Both the position numbers and the translations under genes were made by a program. Source: Vicugna vicugna (taxonomy: Eukaryota). Taken from it: 64,000 nucleotides of DNA. Below the pieces are notes generated by a model that was not told the origin of the DNA, searched no databases, and saw only the letters and a program-made list of their open reading frames with translations. Shown piece after piece: positions 37,811 to 50,272 of this stretch. The DNA lies in assembly GCA_013265495.1 (NCBI GenBank), contig MU060486.1, positions 434,001 through 498,000 on the forward strand, read 5' to 3'. Each line of letters starts with the position of its first letter. Positions within the stretch are counted from its first letter, which is position 1.

Positions 37811-40759
37811 GCAGCAGACGGGGGACCCTGAGTCTCCAGCTCGAGGTGGGGCATCACCCCGGTCCGAGTGCTGAGGGCCGTGGGTGGCAGTGAGACTAGA
37901 CTTGGAGCAGACGCCTGGCTTTCCCTGTGCCCTGCTCTGTATCTGAGCCTGGGCAGCACCTAAGCTCCCAAAGTTGCAGACTGAGGCCAGGGCACGAGTG
38001 GAAGGGCATCTGGGCTCCCTGAGAGAAGGCCTCCATGAGGGGCATGCACACACAGGCAGAGGCCCAAGGATGCAGAAGACAGGTCTGCGTCGCCGAGGTG
38101 GGCTCCGGCCATGGCTGTCCGTCAGCCCAGACTCCTGAGTGGGGAAGGGCCGGGTCCCTGGGGAGGTGGGAGAGGGTGCCGGGGTGCCGAGGCGGCTGTC
38201 GCCTGGCCCGCCGGGCGCTGCCCGAGGCTGCTGACCTACTTTCCTTAGGAGTCTTCCTGCTCTTCTGTCCTCTTGCGCGTGAACGAGCAGGAGACAGCGA
38301 GCAGAGGTGGGGCCCCGGAAGGGTTGTGGAGAACAGTTCTCCGTGGGCCAGGGCTTTGCGCAAGGTGCCAGCCAGCCTGCCTGTCCTCCTGAGGAGAGCG
38401 GGGACTCGGAGGTCCCCTCAGCACGTGCCTTTACCTGGGTGCCCCCCAGCTCCCTCCTGGCTGCCCCCCCGCCCCGTGAGGTGAGCCACTGCCCTCATTC
38501 CCGAGGCCCCACTCTGAGTAAACACATGCTTCGATCCCCTACTGGCTTCTGTCTCTCTGGTACCTTATTTGCGCCCCCCCCGCCCCACTGCACTCGCACC
38601 TGCTGGGACACAGGGTCCAGGCCTGCGCCCAGGTGGTGGGCAGGGTGGGTGAGGCTCTGCCTTTCTGCCGAGCAGAGCGGAGGTTGAATTACTGGCTGCT
38701 TCCTGCCAGCGGCTCCTGGGGAAAGGGCTGTTGGAAACACAATCTAGCCGAGAGCAAATTAAGGTTGCTAATGGCATTGCTGCCTCTGCCTCGTGGGCTG
38801 CTGGGCCTGGAGGGTCAGGAAGCAGAGGGGCCCACAGAGGAGGGCCTCGTGGTTCCACACCCTCCCCCAGGGCCGGGCTGTTGTTTCCCTGCTCACCGGA
38901 CCTCTGACTTCTGGCCCAGAAGGGTTTGATGGGGAGACGGAGGAAGGTGGGGACTTTCCTGAGGACCAGCCTAGGCTGGGTGTGGGCTGGCTGGAGGCAG
39001 AATGCCGGGTGACCTCTGACCCACCTGTCTTCTGAAAGGAGAGCCAGGGTGTGGCCCGCTGTGGACAGGCTGGGCTGTGTCTCCTTCTCACACTCCGCTG
39101 TGGACGAGGGCTCGGGGCCTGCCGTCCACTCCCTCCGCACCCCTCTGGGTCTGCGCCTCCCGGGTGGGGGTGGGGGTGTCCGTGGGCGTGGGCTCCCTGG
39201 AGTCTCCTGGAACCCCCTGGCTTGCCAGGGAGAGGATGGGGAACTCGGGGGCTGTGCCTTTTTTGGACTCAGCGGGGATTATTTTTAGGCTGGCAGATGG
39301 AGGTGGCGGTGGCTGTCGCTGGTATTATTAGACAACAGGCCTGTGGTTTGGGAGTCTGGTGCCCAGAGGCTGGGGGGTGGGGAGGGAAGGAGGAGGCTCC
39401 GTAAGGGCTTGTACTCACAGCAGGGAGGCTGCTCCCCCGTGGGCCTGCCTGCCCACCGCTGCCGCCGGACCCAGCCAGAGCCGGCCAGCCGGCTGCCTTC
39501 TGAAACAGGCCGTCCCTGTGTCCCTCTTGGGTTCCAGGCTGCGGGGCTCTGGCTGTGCAGAGTGTGCCGTGTGGGGGACTGGCCCCCGACTCAGCCAGGA
39601 AAGGGAAGGGGCTGCTTCTTGGGTCAGTGTGGGGGCCCCCCCACCCCGTGCTGGGCCTGTGGCCGCCGGCGGGCGCAGTGAGCGTGCAGAGGGGGCCACG
39701 GCAGCCGGAACCTGCCCCGTCCGCTGCTGAGGGTGCGGCCTAGCCGGTTTGCTCACCTGGGCGGTGGAGATGGTGGTGCCTCTGCCAGGCGGGCATTAAA
39801 TGGACTTGTGCCACATGCCTGGCTCGGACCTGGTGCCTCGTAGGGGTGGAGAGGAAGTCACCACATGCCTGGCGGCTGGTGCACTCCCTGCCTGGCTCCC
39901 AGGGCTCTGAGGCCTCATCCATCCCGTCTCCTGCCCCTGGTGGGGCCGGGGAAGAGCTCCAGCCTGGCCTGCCAGCCTTAGATGCCTCGTGATCCTGTGC
40001 TCACAGGGAACTTGGGCTCGGCCACCCACTGAGCACCACCTGGCCCAGAGAGCAGGAGGCGTGTACCCTGTGGGCCTCCCGAAAGGTCAGCCAGACCGCG
40101 GGGCACCTCTCGCTCCTCACCCTCCCGCTCCCTCCCTCCTGGACCCACTGGGAGCAGCCCCAAGGTGCAGATTTGCTCTGCCCAGCACTGCTGGTTCCTG
40201 CCTTCCCTAATCCCTCCTGGGCTCTGGCTCAGCTTGCAGATTCGGTGGGCTTCTGTGGTGGGGGAGGGTCGGCAGCCCCCCCTCAGGTCACCATCGTCCC
40301 TGCCTTCCCCCCTCCCTCAGCCCCTCTTCCCTTCAGAGCCAGCCTGGCTGGGGAGGAGCCTGCTGCTCCCTGGTTCTGTCCCCTCCTGGTTCTGGGTCCT
40401 TCGAAGCCCTGAAGCCCTGTGTCTCTGTGTCCCAGGCGAAGTCCTCTGCCCTGAGCCTTCGCGTTTGCTCTGTCTGTCTCTCGCCCTGGCTGGGCTCTGC
40501 CTCGGTCCTGACACACCCGGCTCCTCCCTGTCTCCTCTCTTGCCCCCAGTACCTTGCCACTCTGGCCTTGGGTGGTGTCCTTCCTCCTGGGTCTCTCTCC
40601 TCCAGTAGCCCCCATCCCCTCTTCGCTGCCAGCCTGTTTACTTTTTTTTTTTTTTGCAGTGAGCTTTTCTGGAGAAAGTGTTTTATTAGACATATTTTGG
40701 CTCAGAAAGACTCTGGCTGGAGGGGAAGTGCTCGTGGGTGATGGAGTGAGAAGACTCAT

Positions 40760-40784
40760 TGTGTGTGTGTGTGTGTGTGTGTGT
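40760..40784. repeat. (TG)n microsatellite
   Basis: About 12 uninterrupted TG units. Confidence 0.95.
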
Positions 40785-41174
40785 GCTTGCGTGCACGAGG
40801 AGCCAGGGAAGCTGATAAATATTTGAGGACTTGGAGAACCAGGGGGCTGACCTGAGTGAGGGGCTGGCCACCCCTCTGCCTCCTTCCTGGGGATGCTCCT
40901 CTTTCTGTCTTGCCTGCTGTCTCCCCAGCTGCTCGTCCTTGGTGAGAGGGGTCCTTGGGAAGAGATGAGGGTGGGGTGCAGACGGGAGCGAGGCTGTGGG
41001 AACCCAGGTCAGACCGATGGCCATGGGGCCCCAGAGCCAGCCCCGCTGTGAGAGGTGGGCCAGCACCCCTCTGTCCCGCCTGAGGGCCGCAGCCCTGGTT
41101 GGAGGTCCTTCTGTGGACGGTCTCTCCCCCAAGGTGACCGGCCCTGTGTGTCCTCCTCTTCTACAAAATCTGTG

Positions 41175-41965
41175 CTGCACATGCTCACACATGCATGCAC
41201 GCAAGCACTCATGTACACATCCCTGTGCACATGGACACACACGTGCACACACAAGCACACATTTACACATCCCTGTGCACATGCACACACATGCACACAA
41301 GCACGCGTGTACACATCCCGTACACGTGCACACACAAGCACACGTGCACACATCCCTGTGCATGTGCATGCAAGCACATGTGTACAGGTCCCTGTACACA
41401 CACACGCAAGCACACGTGTATACATCCCTGTGCACACGCACACACATGCACACGAGCACACATGTACACATCCCTGTGCCATTGCATACACGTATGCGCA
41501 CACAAGTACACATCCCTGTGCATGTGCGTGCAAGCACATGTGTACAAATCCCCGTACACATGGACACACATACACATCCCTGTGCACACACACATGCACA
41601 CATGCACGCAAGCACGCGTACACATCCCTGTGCACATGCGCACACACATGCAAGCACACACGTACATGTCCATGTGCACATGTACACATGTACGGGCACA
41701 CAAGCACACGTGCACACATCCCTGTGCATGCACATGCAAGCACACGTGCACACATCCCTGTGCATGCTCATGCAAGCACACGTGTAGAAATCCCCGTACA
41801 CATGCATACATACACATCCCTGTGCACACACACATGCACACATGTACACACCCCTGTGCACATGCACACACGCACGCAAGCACACGCGTACACATCCCTG
41901 TGCACATGCACACATATATGCACACACAAGCACACGTGCACACATCCTTGGACGCATGCACACAC
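41175..41965. repeat. CA-rich minisatellite (~19 units of ~27-50 bp) in intron 1
   Basis: Recurring anchor ACACATCCCTGTGCA followed by variable CACA/CATG/CAAGCACACGTGT. Confidence 0.9.
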
Positions 41966-43604
41966 GTTACTTTCCCTACTCTTTGCCCTGGGCGCAGGAT
42001 CAATGTGTGGGTGCGGGAGGTGGGCTCTGTCCCTGTCTTCTGCCCCTGGGGCTGTGGGGGTGGCGGCTGCAGCTCTGCAGACTTTCCCTAAGGGGCTGGG
42101 ATTCGAACTTCGCCTAAAGCAGGGCTGGGAGGGTTGGGAACCTGCTGGGGCCTCAGGCAGGTGAGGCCAACACTCTGCTCTGCTCCAAAAATACTCTGTG
42201 ATCTTAGCTCTTTCTCTAGAAAACAGTGATGTCACCGGTAGCCAATCAGCTTCAGTAAGGGTTGCCTCCTCCTCCTCCTCCTCCTCCTTCCGCAATTTGC
42301 AGGGTGGAGAGGGAGCCAGAGCGGGAGGGAGAGAGGGAGAGACGCACAGAGACACACGGACAGACAGACACGCAGAGACGGAGGGCCGCGGAAGAGCAGG
42401 CACAGCCCCTCCCCACACAGGAGGAGCGAGCCCCTGTGTCCCCCAACACACACACAGACACAGAGCAGGGAGAGACAGGCAGGTAGATGGGATCAGCCAT
42501 GTGGAGGGGGAGCTAGAGAGACAGACAGACAGACAGACATGCAGAAGGAGCCAGAAACAGAGAGAGAGACGGTGGGGCCAGGCAGGAGCTCACAGGGTCA
42601 GGGGTGTGGTCAGAGGCAGGCCCAGGGGCACGGGACAGTCAAGATGCGTGCTTCTGTCTTGGGTGTCCCCCTTGTCCCCGGCTTTCAGCCCCTGGAGCAG
42701 CAGCTGTCCCGGGTGCTGCCTGCAGGGGCCCAGCGAGGACTTAGGGGTGGGGGTTTGGGGACCCCGAGGGAAGGCAGGATGGAGGGGCCTCCCAGCCATC
42801 CCCTTCGGTGGGAAGTAAGCCAGACAAGGTGACTTCGTGGGCGTGGATGCCTGGTGTGGGAGTGAAAGTCAGGCTGGGGTGGGCCTGCAGGCCCCGTTTA
42901 GGGGTCCAGGAGCTGCTGCCGAGGCGCAGGAGGTGGTGCCTGGGTTAACCTCTCCTCGGTGGGGGTGGCTGGGGTGGGGGTGGGTCTCTCCCCGCCTGGT
43001 CCTGTCCCTTCCAGGAGGACAGCTGTGCCCTAGCCAGCCTGTGCTCTGTCCTCTGCCAGAGGTGGGGTGTCCCCGCCACCGTCCTGTCCTGATGGTGATG
43101 CCTGGGGCTTCTCAGCCTGGCAGGCTTGTGGCTTGGAAGCTGCAGGGCTGGTGGCCCCTCCTCTCTCCCCTCTGCGGCAGGCGCAGCAGACGGACGGACA
43201 GACAGTCGGATGAGGAGGGCAGAGGCCGGCTCAGGCGGGTGGTTTTCCCCCGTGCTGCCCTGAGCAGCCTCTGCTCAGCTTGTGAGGGATTCCCCGCTTC
43301 TGCATGGAGTGGTCTTGTTTTGTGCTGCAAGCGCCAGGCTGAGCTGGGGGTGGGGTGTGGGAGGCTGGCGGGCTCTGCGGCTTCTGCAGCTCTAGCGGGG
43401 AGCATCCGGCACAGGCGGATGTCCCATGTCTACCCGCGGCGACAGCACCCGGCCACAGTGTCCATGGAGGGTCTGTGACCCCCCACTTTTCCGGTGGCCA
43501 CACCTGTCAGACTTGGCAGGGGTGTCAGGGGAGGGGTGGCCCCCGGGGCTGCGGGCAGGGTCTCCTGTCACTCCTTTCCCGAGTCCCACCCCTCTGTCCC
43601 GCAG

Positions 43605-43802
43605 GTGCCCACGGCCTGCGAGAGGAGCCCGAGTTCGTGACAGCCAGGGCCGGCGAGAGTGTGGTCCTGCGATGCGACGTGGTCCACCCGGTGACGGGGC
43701 AGCCCCCGCCCTATGTCGTGGAGTGGTTCAAGTTCGGGGTGCCCATCCCCATCTTCATCAAGTTTGGCTACTACCCACCCCACGTGGACCCTGAGTATGC
43801 AG
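43605..43802 (+). CDS. IGSF9B: IGSF9B exon 2 (Ig1 N-half)
   Basis: ctctgtcccgcag|GT GCC CAC...; reads GAHGLREEPEFVTARAGESVVLRCDVVHPVTGQPPPYVVEWFKFGVPIPIFIKFGYYPPHVDPEYA; donor CAG|gtaagg; 198 nt. Confidence 0.97.
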
Positions 43803-45096
43803 GTAAGGTCTGCACCATCCGCCCTGCCGTCCCACCTGGCCCTGGGGGCCCCGCACCGTCCCTCCTGCTTGTGTCTTGTGGCCTCCCGTCTTTCCTGCCG
43901 GGTCTGTTCCTGTGTTTTCCGGTCTCTGCACTGTCCTCCATCCTTTGCGCCTTGGTAGGTTTTAATTAAGTGGTGGGAGGAGCCAGAAGAGGAGAGGGGC
44001 AGATGGAAAGCCTTCTGAACAGCCGTGCTGGCTGCCTGGCTGAGGCCGGAGGAAGAGCAGGAGGAGGAGGAGGGAGGCCCAAGGAGCCCCCAGCCAGGGG
44101 GAGAGGAAGCCTGCCGGGAGGGTGGCTCCGCAGAAGCGGCTGCCGCAGGTTCACCCTGTCCGGCTGCGCCCACTCCCTCCCTCTGCCCTGGAGCTGGGGC
44201 CTCGCCTGCCGGCCCGCCCGTCCGTCCGTGAGCCCCTGGGCACGAGGAAGTGTCCGTGCCGCTCTGGCCTCCCTCCTCCTGGCTGCTGTCTTGCTCTGCA
44301 GTTACTCCTGCCAGCGGGGCCTCAGTGTGAGTCAGCGCCGGGGCCTGGCCACCAGGGAGGAGGGCGCGGGCCGGTGTGCGCGTGTGAGTGTGCACGAGCA
44401 TTTGCAGGTGTGAGTGTGTGTGTGTTAGGCTTTAAAGGAAGAGAGGAGGCTGGCCGGATGCTGCTTTTAGCCCTACCTCTGCCTCCCGGGGTCTGCGTTG
44501 GTCTTTGCTGGAGAGCTCGTCTCCCTGCCCTCTCCCGGTCCCTCTCCCTCCTAAGCCCGTCTCTGCTGCGGCTGGTTCTGGCTGTCTGCTTTCAGGCAGA
44601 CTGCTGGTGTCAAGGGCACAAGGAGGGAAGCAGTGACACTGGGCGAGGGCTGGGCTGAGGTGGAGGCCGAGGGGAGGGGGACCTCTGGGGCTGCTCTGGG
44701 GAAGGGAGGCTGTGCCCATCTGTCTGCTCTGCTCCTGCCTCCTGATGGGAAGGGGCGGCGTCGTGGGTGGCTGGGCCTGGCTCTGGCTACGTGAGCTCTC
44801 TGCTCTCCCTGGCCTGGCGGCAGGACTTGGGGGGACCCCAGCACCCTGGTCCCCAGGCTGCCTTTCCTCTGCCCCCTGCCAGGAGGCCAGGCAGAGAGGG
44901 TGCTGGCGTGGCAGTCTTGGGGACCAGCTGGGATGGGGGTGCCCAGAGTCCCTCCATCCTCTGTCTCCCTCCCCACCAGCCCTGCACTCCTCCTGCCTCT
45001 CCTTTGCCGCCAGAGCTGGAGCTGCCCAAGGTGGGCTGGGGTTGCGAGGGGCACTCTGCCCCTGGCCCTGAGTTCCCTTCGTCCCCTCTGCTGCAG

Positions 45097-45243
45097 GCCG
45101 GGCGAGTCTCCACGACAAAGCGTCCCTGCGGCTGGAGCAGGTGCGCGCGGAGGACCAGGGCTGGTACGAGTGCAAGGTGCTCCTGCTGGACCAGCAGTAC
45201 GACACCTTCCACAACGGCAGCTGGGTGCACCTCACCATCAACG
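45097..45243 (+). CDS. IGSF9B: IGSF9B exon 3 (Ig1 C-half)
   Basis: ctctgctgcag|GC CGG GCG...; GRASLHDKASLRLEQVRAEDQGWYECKVLLLDQQYDTFHNGSWVHLTIN (DxGxYxC Ig motif); donor ACG|gtgcgt; 147 nt. Confidence 0.96.
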
Positions 45244-47264
45244 GTGCGTGAGTGCATTCTTCCTCCCGGCGCCCGAAACCCCCTGGGCCTGTTCCGAGCC
45301 CCTGCTGCAGAGGGGGGCCTCAGCTGGGCAGCCCATCACGTATCAGCTCCACTCCCCCAGCCCTCGCTGGTACCCCCGGGATCTCTGGGGTCCGTGGGTG
45401 CGGGAGGTGAGCAGCTCCCTGGGCACAAGGGCGGTTTGCTGTGGGTGGTGGCGCCAGAGCTCCTTGGAGGGAGAGTAGGTGGGTCTTTGCAGGCAAAATC
45501 GTAACAGCTGGTACGTCTCCCAGCCTCGGAAGACCCTCCCGGGGGAGGGGGTCCCTGGACGTCCCACTTGGCAGTCTCCTCATTAAAGGACGGAGCATTC
45601 AGGTCCCTTGTTAGGGGCATCCCTTGAGTGACCTGTTGGGTAAAATGGGAAACCACTGAGACCAGCCCAGAACCCAGACTGGTTCCTGCTGGTACCAGCT
45701 TTGCTGTCTGCTAAAACCTGGGCGTCCTGGGAGGACTAACCCTTCCCACGCGGCTGGCTTCGTACAGCGCAGGGGGGTGCACTGTGCGGTATGTCCCTGC
45801 CTGTCACGTGTCTGGTGGGGCCCTGGGAGTCCTCACTTGGAAGGGGATGTTCTGGAGGAGCCAGGACATGCTGGGACCCGGAGAGAATCGCAGGGAAGTG
45901 GTTCCCACGGTGGGAGGGGAGCAGGGTTTCTCGTGTTGTTTTTTTCCTGACCACACAGTTACTCTCTGTCTGATTCGTGACACAGCGTGCTCAGACACCA
46001 CGTGCTGCAGACGCATGCTGGCTGTCGAGGCTTCTTGGATGTGCCCCGCACAGCCTGGTCCTTCTGGGTTTGGTGTCTGTGGCCGTAGATGTGCTGGTTG
46101 GGAGAGGAATCGCTGTTGTTCCTGGCAGGGAAGCTTTTCTCCACATTGACGGGCCCAGACGGACAGCTGTCGGCCCTGCCTTGTGGGCTCGGGTCAGGCC
46201 GGGCTCCCCCTGCCTTGAGAGCACCTCCAGGGACCCGGAGGAACAGACAGGCTTGGCCACAGCACGGTCTCCGGGAAGAGCAAACGTTGAGCTGGTGGCC
46301 CTGGGTCTGTGGTCCAGGCTGCCTGCCCCTGCGGACGTTCCTGCCAGTCGGTCCCCAGAGACCGACTGCAGGCTTATTTTAAATCTGGGTGGCTGCCCCG
46401 CCACCCGCAAGCTTTTGAGTCACCTCCTCCTGGTGCCAGCTGTTGTGTGTGCCAGGAACGAAAACTTGCCTTAATACGAACCCAAGCACAACGTAATTAG
46501 GAAGGGGCGTCTGCTGCCGAGAGCTTGACTGACTGGGCGCCGAGCCAAGAGCCCATGCCGCCTTCTCCAGCGCCTGTTTCTGAGCCGGCTGGCGGCCCCC
46601 TGCCCGTCCGTCCCCGTCTCATCACCCCGCGGGGGCCGGTCCAGCGGGCTGGGATGGAGCATGCAGCCCATGCTCCGCTGGGAACCGCGTGTTCCGTCAC
46701 ATCTTGGCTGCTGCTTGCACATCGTGGGTGCTTGCTGTAGGAGCCCCGATCGCTCGGGGAGGAGCACGTGGAGACCTGATGAGACTTGGTTTATTTTGTG
46801 ACCCCACCGTGTCAGCTGCCCAACCTGGGCAACCTCGTCACCTCTCTGGGCACCACTTTCCTCTTTCCAAAAATGGTGGCTGTTTGCAGGGCTCTCGTGA
46901 AGGTGGAGGGAGACACTTTGGGGGAAACTGTCTTATGCCGTGGTCTGGAGCACTGGCTACACATGGGCCACTGTGTGGCGCCCCCTCCCCTTGAGAGAAA
47001 AAGAAGTCAGGGGGCAGTGCAGCCGCAGGGGTGTGGTCGCACAGGAGGGGCCTCGGGCTCGGAGAGGTGGACGGCGGTGGTTGGGGACCCTTGGAAAGCC
47101 ACCCATCATCACCCCTTCCAAACTCACTCCTAGACGTCCACTCAGTGGCAGACCCTGCGGACACAGCAGCAGGAGTGACCAAGGCCCAGCTCCTAAGGAC
47201 ACTTCTAGAGGCAGTGACATCCAGAGACCATCTCAGTACAGACGGGGCACGTGAGGGAGCGGGT

Positions 47265-47410
47265 GCTTCTCTGAGGAAGTTCGCCCTGGGCAGAGAGCCG
47301 ACAGGGAGAAGTCAGCCAGGGCCAGGGGCGGAGGCAGGAAGGGTGTTCCAGGGCAGAGGGAACAGCATGCCCGGAAGACCAGAGGAAGGAGCGCATTCAG
47401 GCACCGTGGC
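47265..47410 (-). mobile_element. L2 fragment (intron 3)
   Basis: gcttctctgaggaag...gtgttccagggcagagggaacagcatg resembles L2 gttccaggcagagggaacagcatgtgcaaagg. Confidence 0.65.
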
Positions 47411-48454
47411 GGGTGGTTCGTGTGGAAGGGCCAGGCTTAGCACTGGGGCTTATCTGCCGGTACCCTCCCTCCCCAGGAGCCTCCCTCCCAAAGGGTGGAC
47501 ACCGCAGGCACCTCCCAAGGTGAGAGCGTGCGCGCTTTCCCCCCCACCCCTCCCCCCGAGTCCTGAGGCTCCTTCCAGCGTCAGTGTTTCCATTATCGGA
47601 GGGCAGAGCCTGGAGCTCCAACATCTCCTTGCTTCCAAACTAGAATGTTTAACATCAAGTTTCTGACGGGAATTATCCTGGGAAAATGAACGGCCGGAGA
47701 AAAATTAGAATCACAGAGTGTCTCAGTCTCCTTCTGTGTTTTCTTGAAGACCCGTTGGAAACAAACCCAGTTACCTCTTTATTGCATGTAAAGTACCCGA
47801 GAGGCCCGAGTCAAACCTCGCTTCAAGTCGGTGGGTTACTTGGAGGAGAGGCCAGCCTGTTTCCGACCTGCACGATTAATTACAGGGCACTTGTGAAAAA
47901 GAATTAAGCCTGGAAATGCAGCTGGCAAGCTCACGCTTAATCCAGTAAATAATCGGGAGTCAAACCATTATTTTCCTGAAAACTCGAAATTGTTCAAAGT
48001 GCTTTCCTGATTAGCACCTAAACAACAAAGTAATTATGTAATCAGTAATTAATTTGTCACTTCAGGACGTAATTTAATTTACTGTCTTTTCTTTGAGCTT
48101 GACACCAGAGGTGCCAGCGGCTGGGGGTGCCAGAGCTGCATCTCGAGGGCAGGCTTGGCGGGCGCTGCGGGGACGGGCGCCCCGGCCGGACGGGAGGGGC
48201 CTGGCGCTCGGAAGCCGGGTTCCCTGTGCATGGATTGGGAATGAGATTTACCGTTACTTTTGGAGTGTTAGACGCTGGAGGAGGATTGGCTTTCTCCAGG
48301 CTGTTGTGTGTGGTGACGCGTGCTTCTCAAGCCACCTGGTCCTCAGGCTCTGGCGCCCTCTTTGCGGCACCCTGACTGAGGGCGTGGAAGGTTGTCAGAG
48401 AAAGACATCTTGCCCTGGTCTCATCTTCAGTTTTTGTTCACGTTCGTGTTGTGT

Positions 48455-48525
48455 TTGCACGTGTGTGTGCATGTACATGCACGTGGGGATGTGTGTACAT
48501 GTGTGAAGGTGCGTGTGTGTGCACA
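48455..48525. repeat. TG-rich simple repeat
   Basis: gcacgtgtgtgtgcatgtacatgcacgtggggatgtgtgtacatgtgtg...gtgtgtgtgcacat. Confidence 0.7.
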
Positions 48526-48539
48526 TCTCATTCGCTGTG

Positions 48540-48930
48540 TTCATCTGTCCCCTGGACAAACATTTGCTGAGACTCCACCACATGCTAGGCACTGGGCTGA
48601 AGCCTGGGCACAGTGGGGTTTACGGGAACCATTGCTGCTCTCAGGAGACTTGGTGATGACCTTTGAACAGTCTAAGGGGACAGAGACGCAGCAAGAGCTG
48701 CCTTGGACTGGCTGACCAGGTGAGGCAGAGGCCACAATTCAGCAAAGACACACAGTGGAGCCGACAGGGTGAGATCTGGGTCCAGCCCCAGGAAGGGAGG
48801 ACAGCGGATGCAGAGGTCCCAGGAGTAGATGTTCTTGGCATGTCTGAGGAAGACGAGAGCTGGTGTGGCTGGAACAGAGCTGAGGGATGTGTGACGGAAG
48901 GTGAGGGTGGAGCCCAGCGGGGGGCTGTGC
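48540..48930 (-). mobile_element. L2 3' fragment (intron 3)
   Basis: caaacatttgctgag...catgctaggcactgggct...ggcatgtctgaggaa...gctggtgtggctggaacagag. Confidence 0.65.
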
Positions 48931-49074
48931 CGAGGTGAGGTGGTGGAGGGGACAGAGGGCTCAAACCTGCAGCATCTCCGGGGGCGGGACGGGGCTGTCT
49001 CGGAGGGAGGCCCTCTCAGGGCTTCTCCCTGGGGCCTCGGAAGCCCGGGCAGCTGGCAGTAATGGCACAGTGAC

Positions 49075-49235
49075 TAGCGTGCTGTGTGCTTACACTTTGT
49101 AGGATCTTTTCGCAGACTTTATCCCACTAACTCCTTATGTCAGTGTGGATCTAGGGGTTTAGATAAAGCTCAGGGAGGCTGAGCAACTTGCCCCGGTCAC
49201 ACAGCTGGTGGCAGGCTGGCCTTGAGCTTGAGACG
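49075..49235 (-). mobile_element. MIR SINE (intron 3)
   Basis: gctcagggaggctgagcaacttgccccggtcacacagctggtggcagg resembles gctcagagaggttaagtaacttgcccaaggtcacacagctagtaagtggcagag. Confidence 0.7.
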
Positions 49236-49963
49236 GGTCGGAATGGACACCCACCTCGGAAGACTCCAGCATGACCGTCCGCGGGGTTAGGACTGACCAG
49301 ATGGCTTCGCCAAGCAGTGCAGACAAATGAGTCTGTGTTAAAAGCTGATTATCCAGACAGAGTGGAATTTCAGTGAAAACTCCAATGCAGGTGGGGGCAG
49401 CCTGGCCCGGTCATCAGACAGTTCAGAAAGGAGCAGCCTGAGGAGGGGGCTGTGTGCCTTGTCTGTGTGGGGCAGTCGGGGGGAGGGTGGGTGACTTTCT
49501 CTGCAGAGTTGTCTCTGCGTGTCCCCTGGCCTGGGGTCTGCGTTAGGCCTGATGGGGCTGGGAACCGTGGGCCTGGCTGGCCGGTCACGGAAGGAGGGGC
49601 GTCTGGAAGATGGTGGAGGGGGAGGACTGCAGGGTGAGGGGCCATCTGCGGAGCTGGCGGCAGGTGAACTCCAAGGAGGCTTGAGAGAGCCGGCCGGGGT
49701 CCCACTACGTCCCCGGTAGGGAGCACGCTGGCCTTGTTCTGGTGCCGGACAAAGTACTTTACTGGGCATCAGGCAGATACAGTGGGGAAAGTTGAGAGTC
49801 TGGACCTGGCCAGACTGGCTCTGAGCTCCAGGTCTCCCTCCCGAAAGGTGGGCGGGCAGAGTCCCCTTTCTCCTTCTAGAAGTGCTGGACGCCCAGGTGG
49901 GGCCTGGTGTGGGGGCCCGTGCACAGGGTGGCCGCTGACCCCTCTGTACCCTGTGTCTTGCAG

Positions 49964-50115
49964 CTCCTCCCACCTTTACAGAAACACCCCCTCAGTACAT
50001 TGAGGCCAAGGAGGGCAGCAGTGTGACCATGACCTGCACAGCTTTTGGGAACCCCAAGCCCATTGTCACCTGGCTCAAGGAGGGGACACTCCTCGGTGCT
50101 AGCGGCAAGTACCAG
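49964..50115 (+). CDS. IGSF9B: IGSF9B exon 4 (Ig2 N-half)
   Basis: gtgtcttgcag|CT CCT CCC...; APPTFTETPPQYIEAKEGSSVTMTCTAFGNPKPIVTWLKEGTLLGASGKYQ; donor CAG|gtgagt; 152 nt. Confidence 0.96.
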
Positions 50116-50272
50116 GTGAGTGCGGGTTGGCCGTGAGGCCGCGGCACCCGTCCCTCCTGACCAGCCAGCGCCTGTGTTGCTGGAGTGGCGTGTGGGCCGC
50201 GGGGCCATCTCCGCCTGGGGTGGTGCTGGCTGCCCCGGGCTGAGTACTGAGCCCGGCTCTCCTCGGCCCCAG

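Noticed and set aside
40686-42164. Long Cys/His/Val/Thr-rich ORFs in several frames
   Set aside because: Translation of the CA/TG minisatellite, not a metallothionein or zinc-finger gene.
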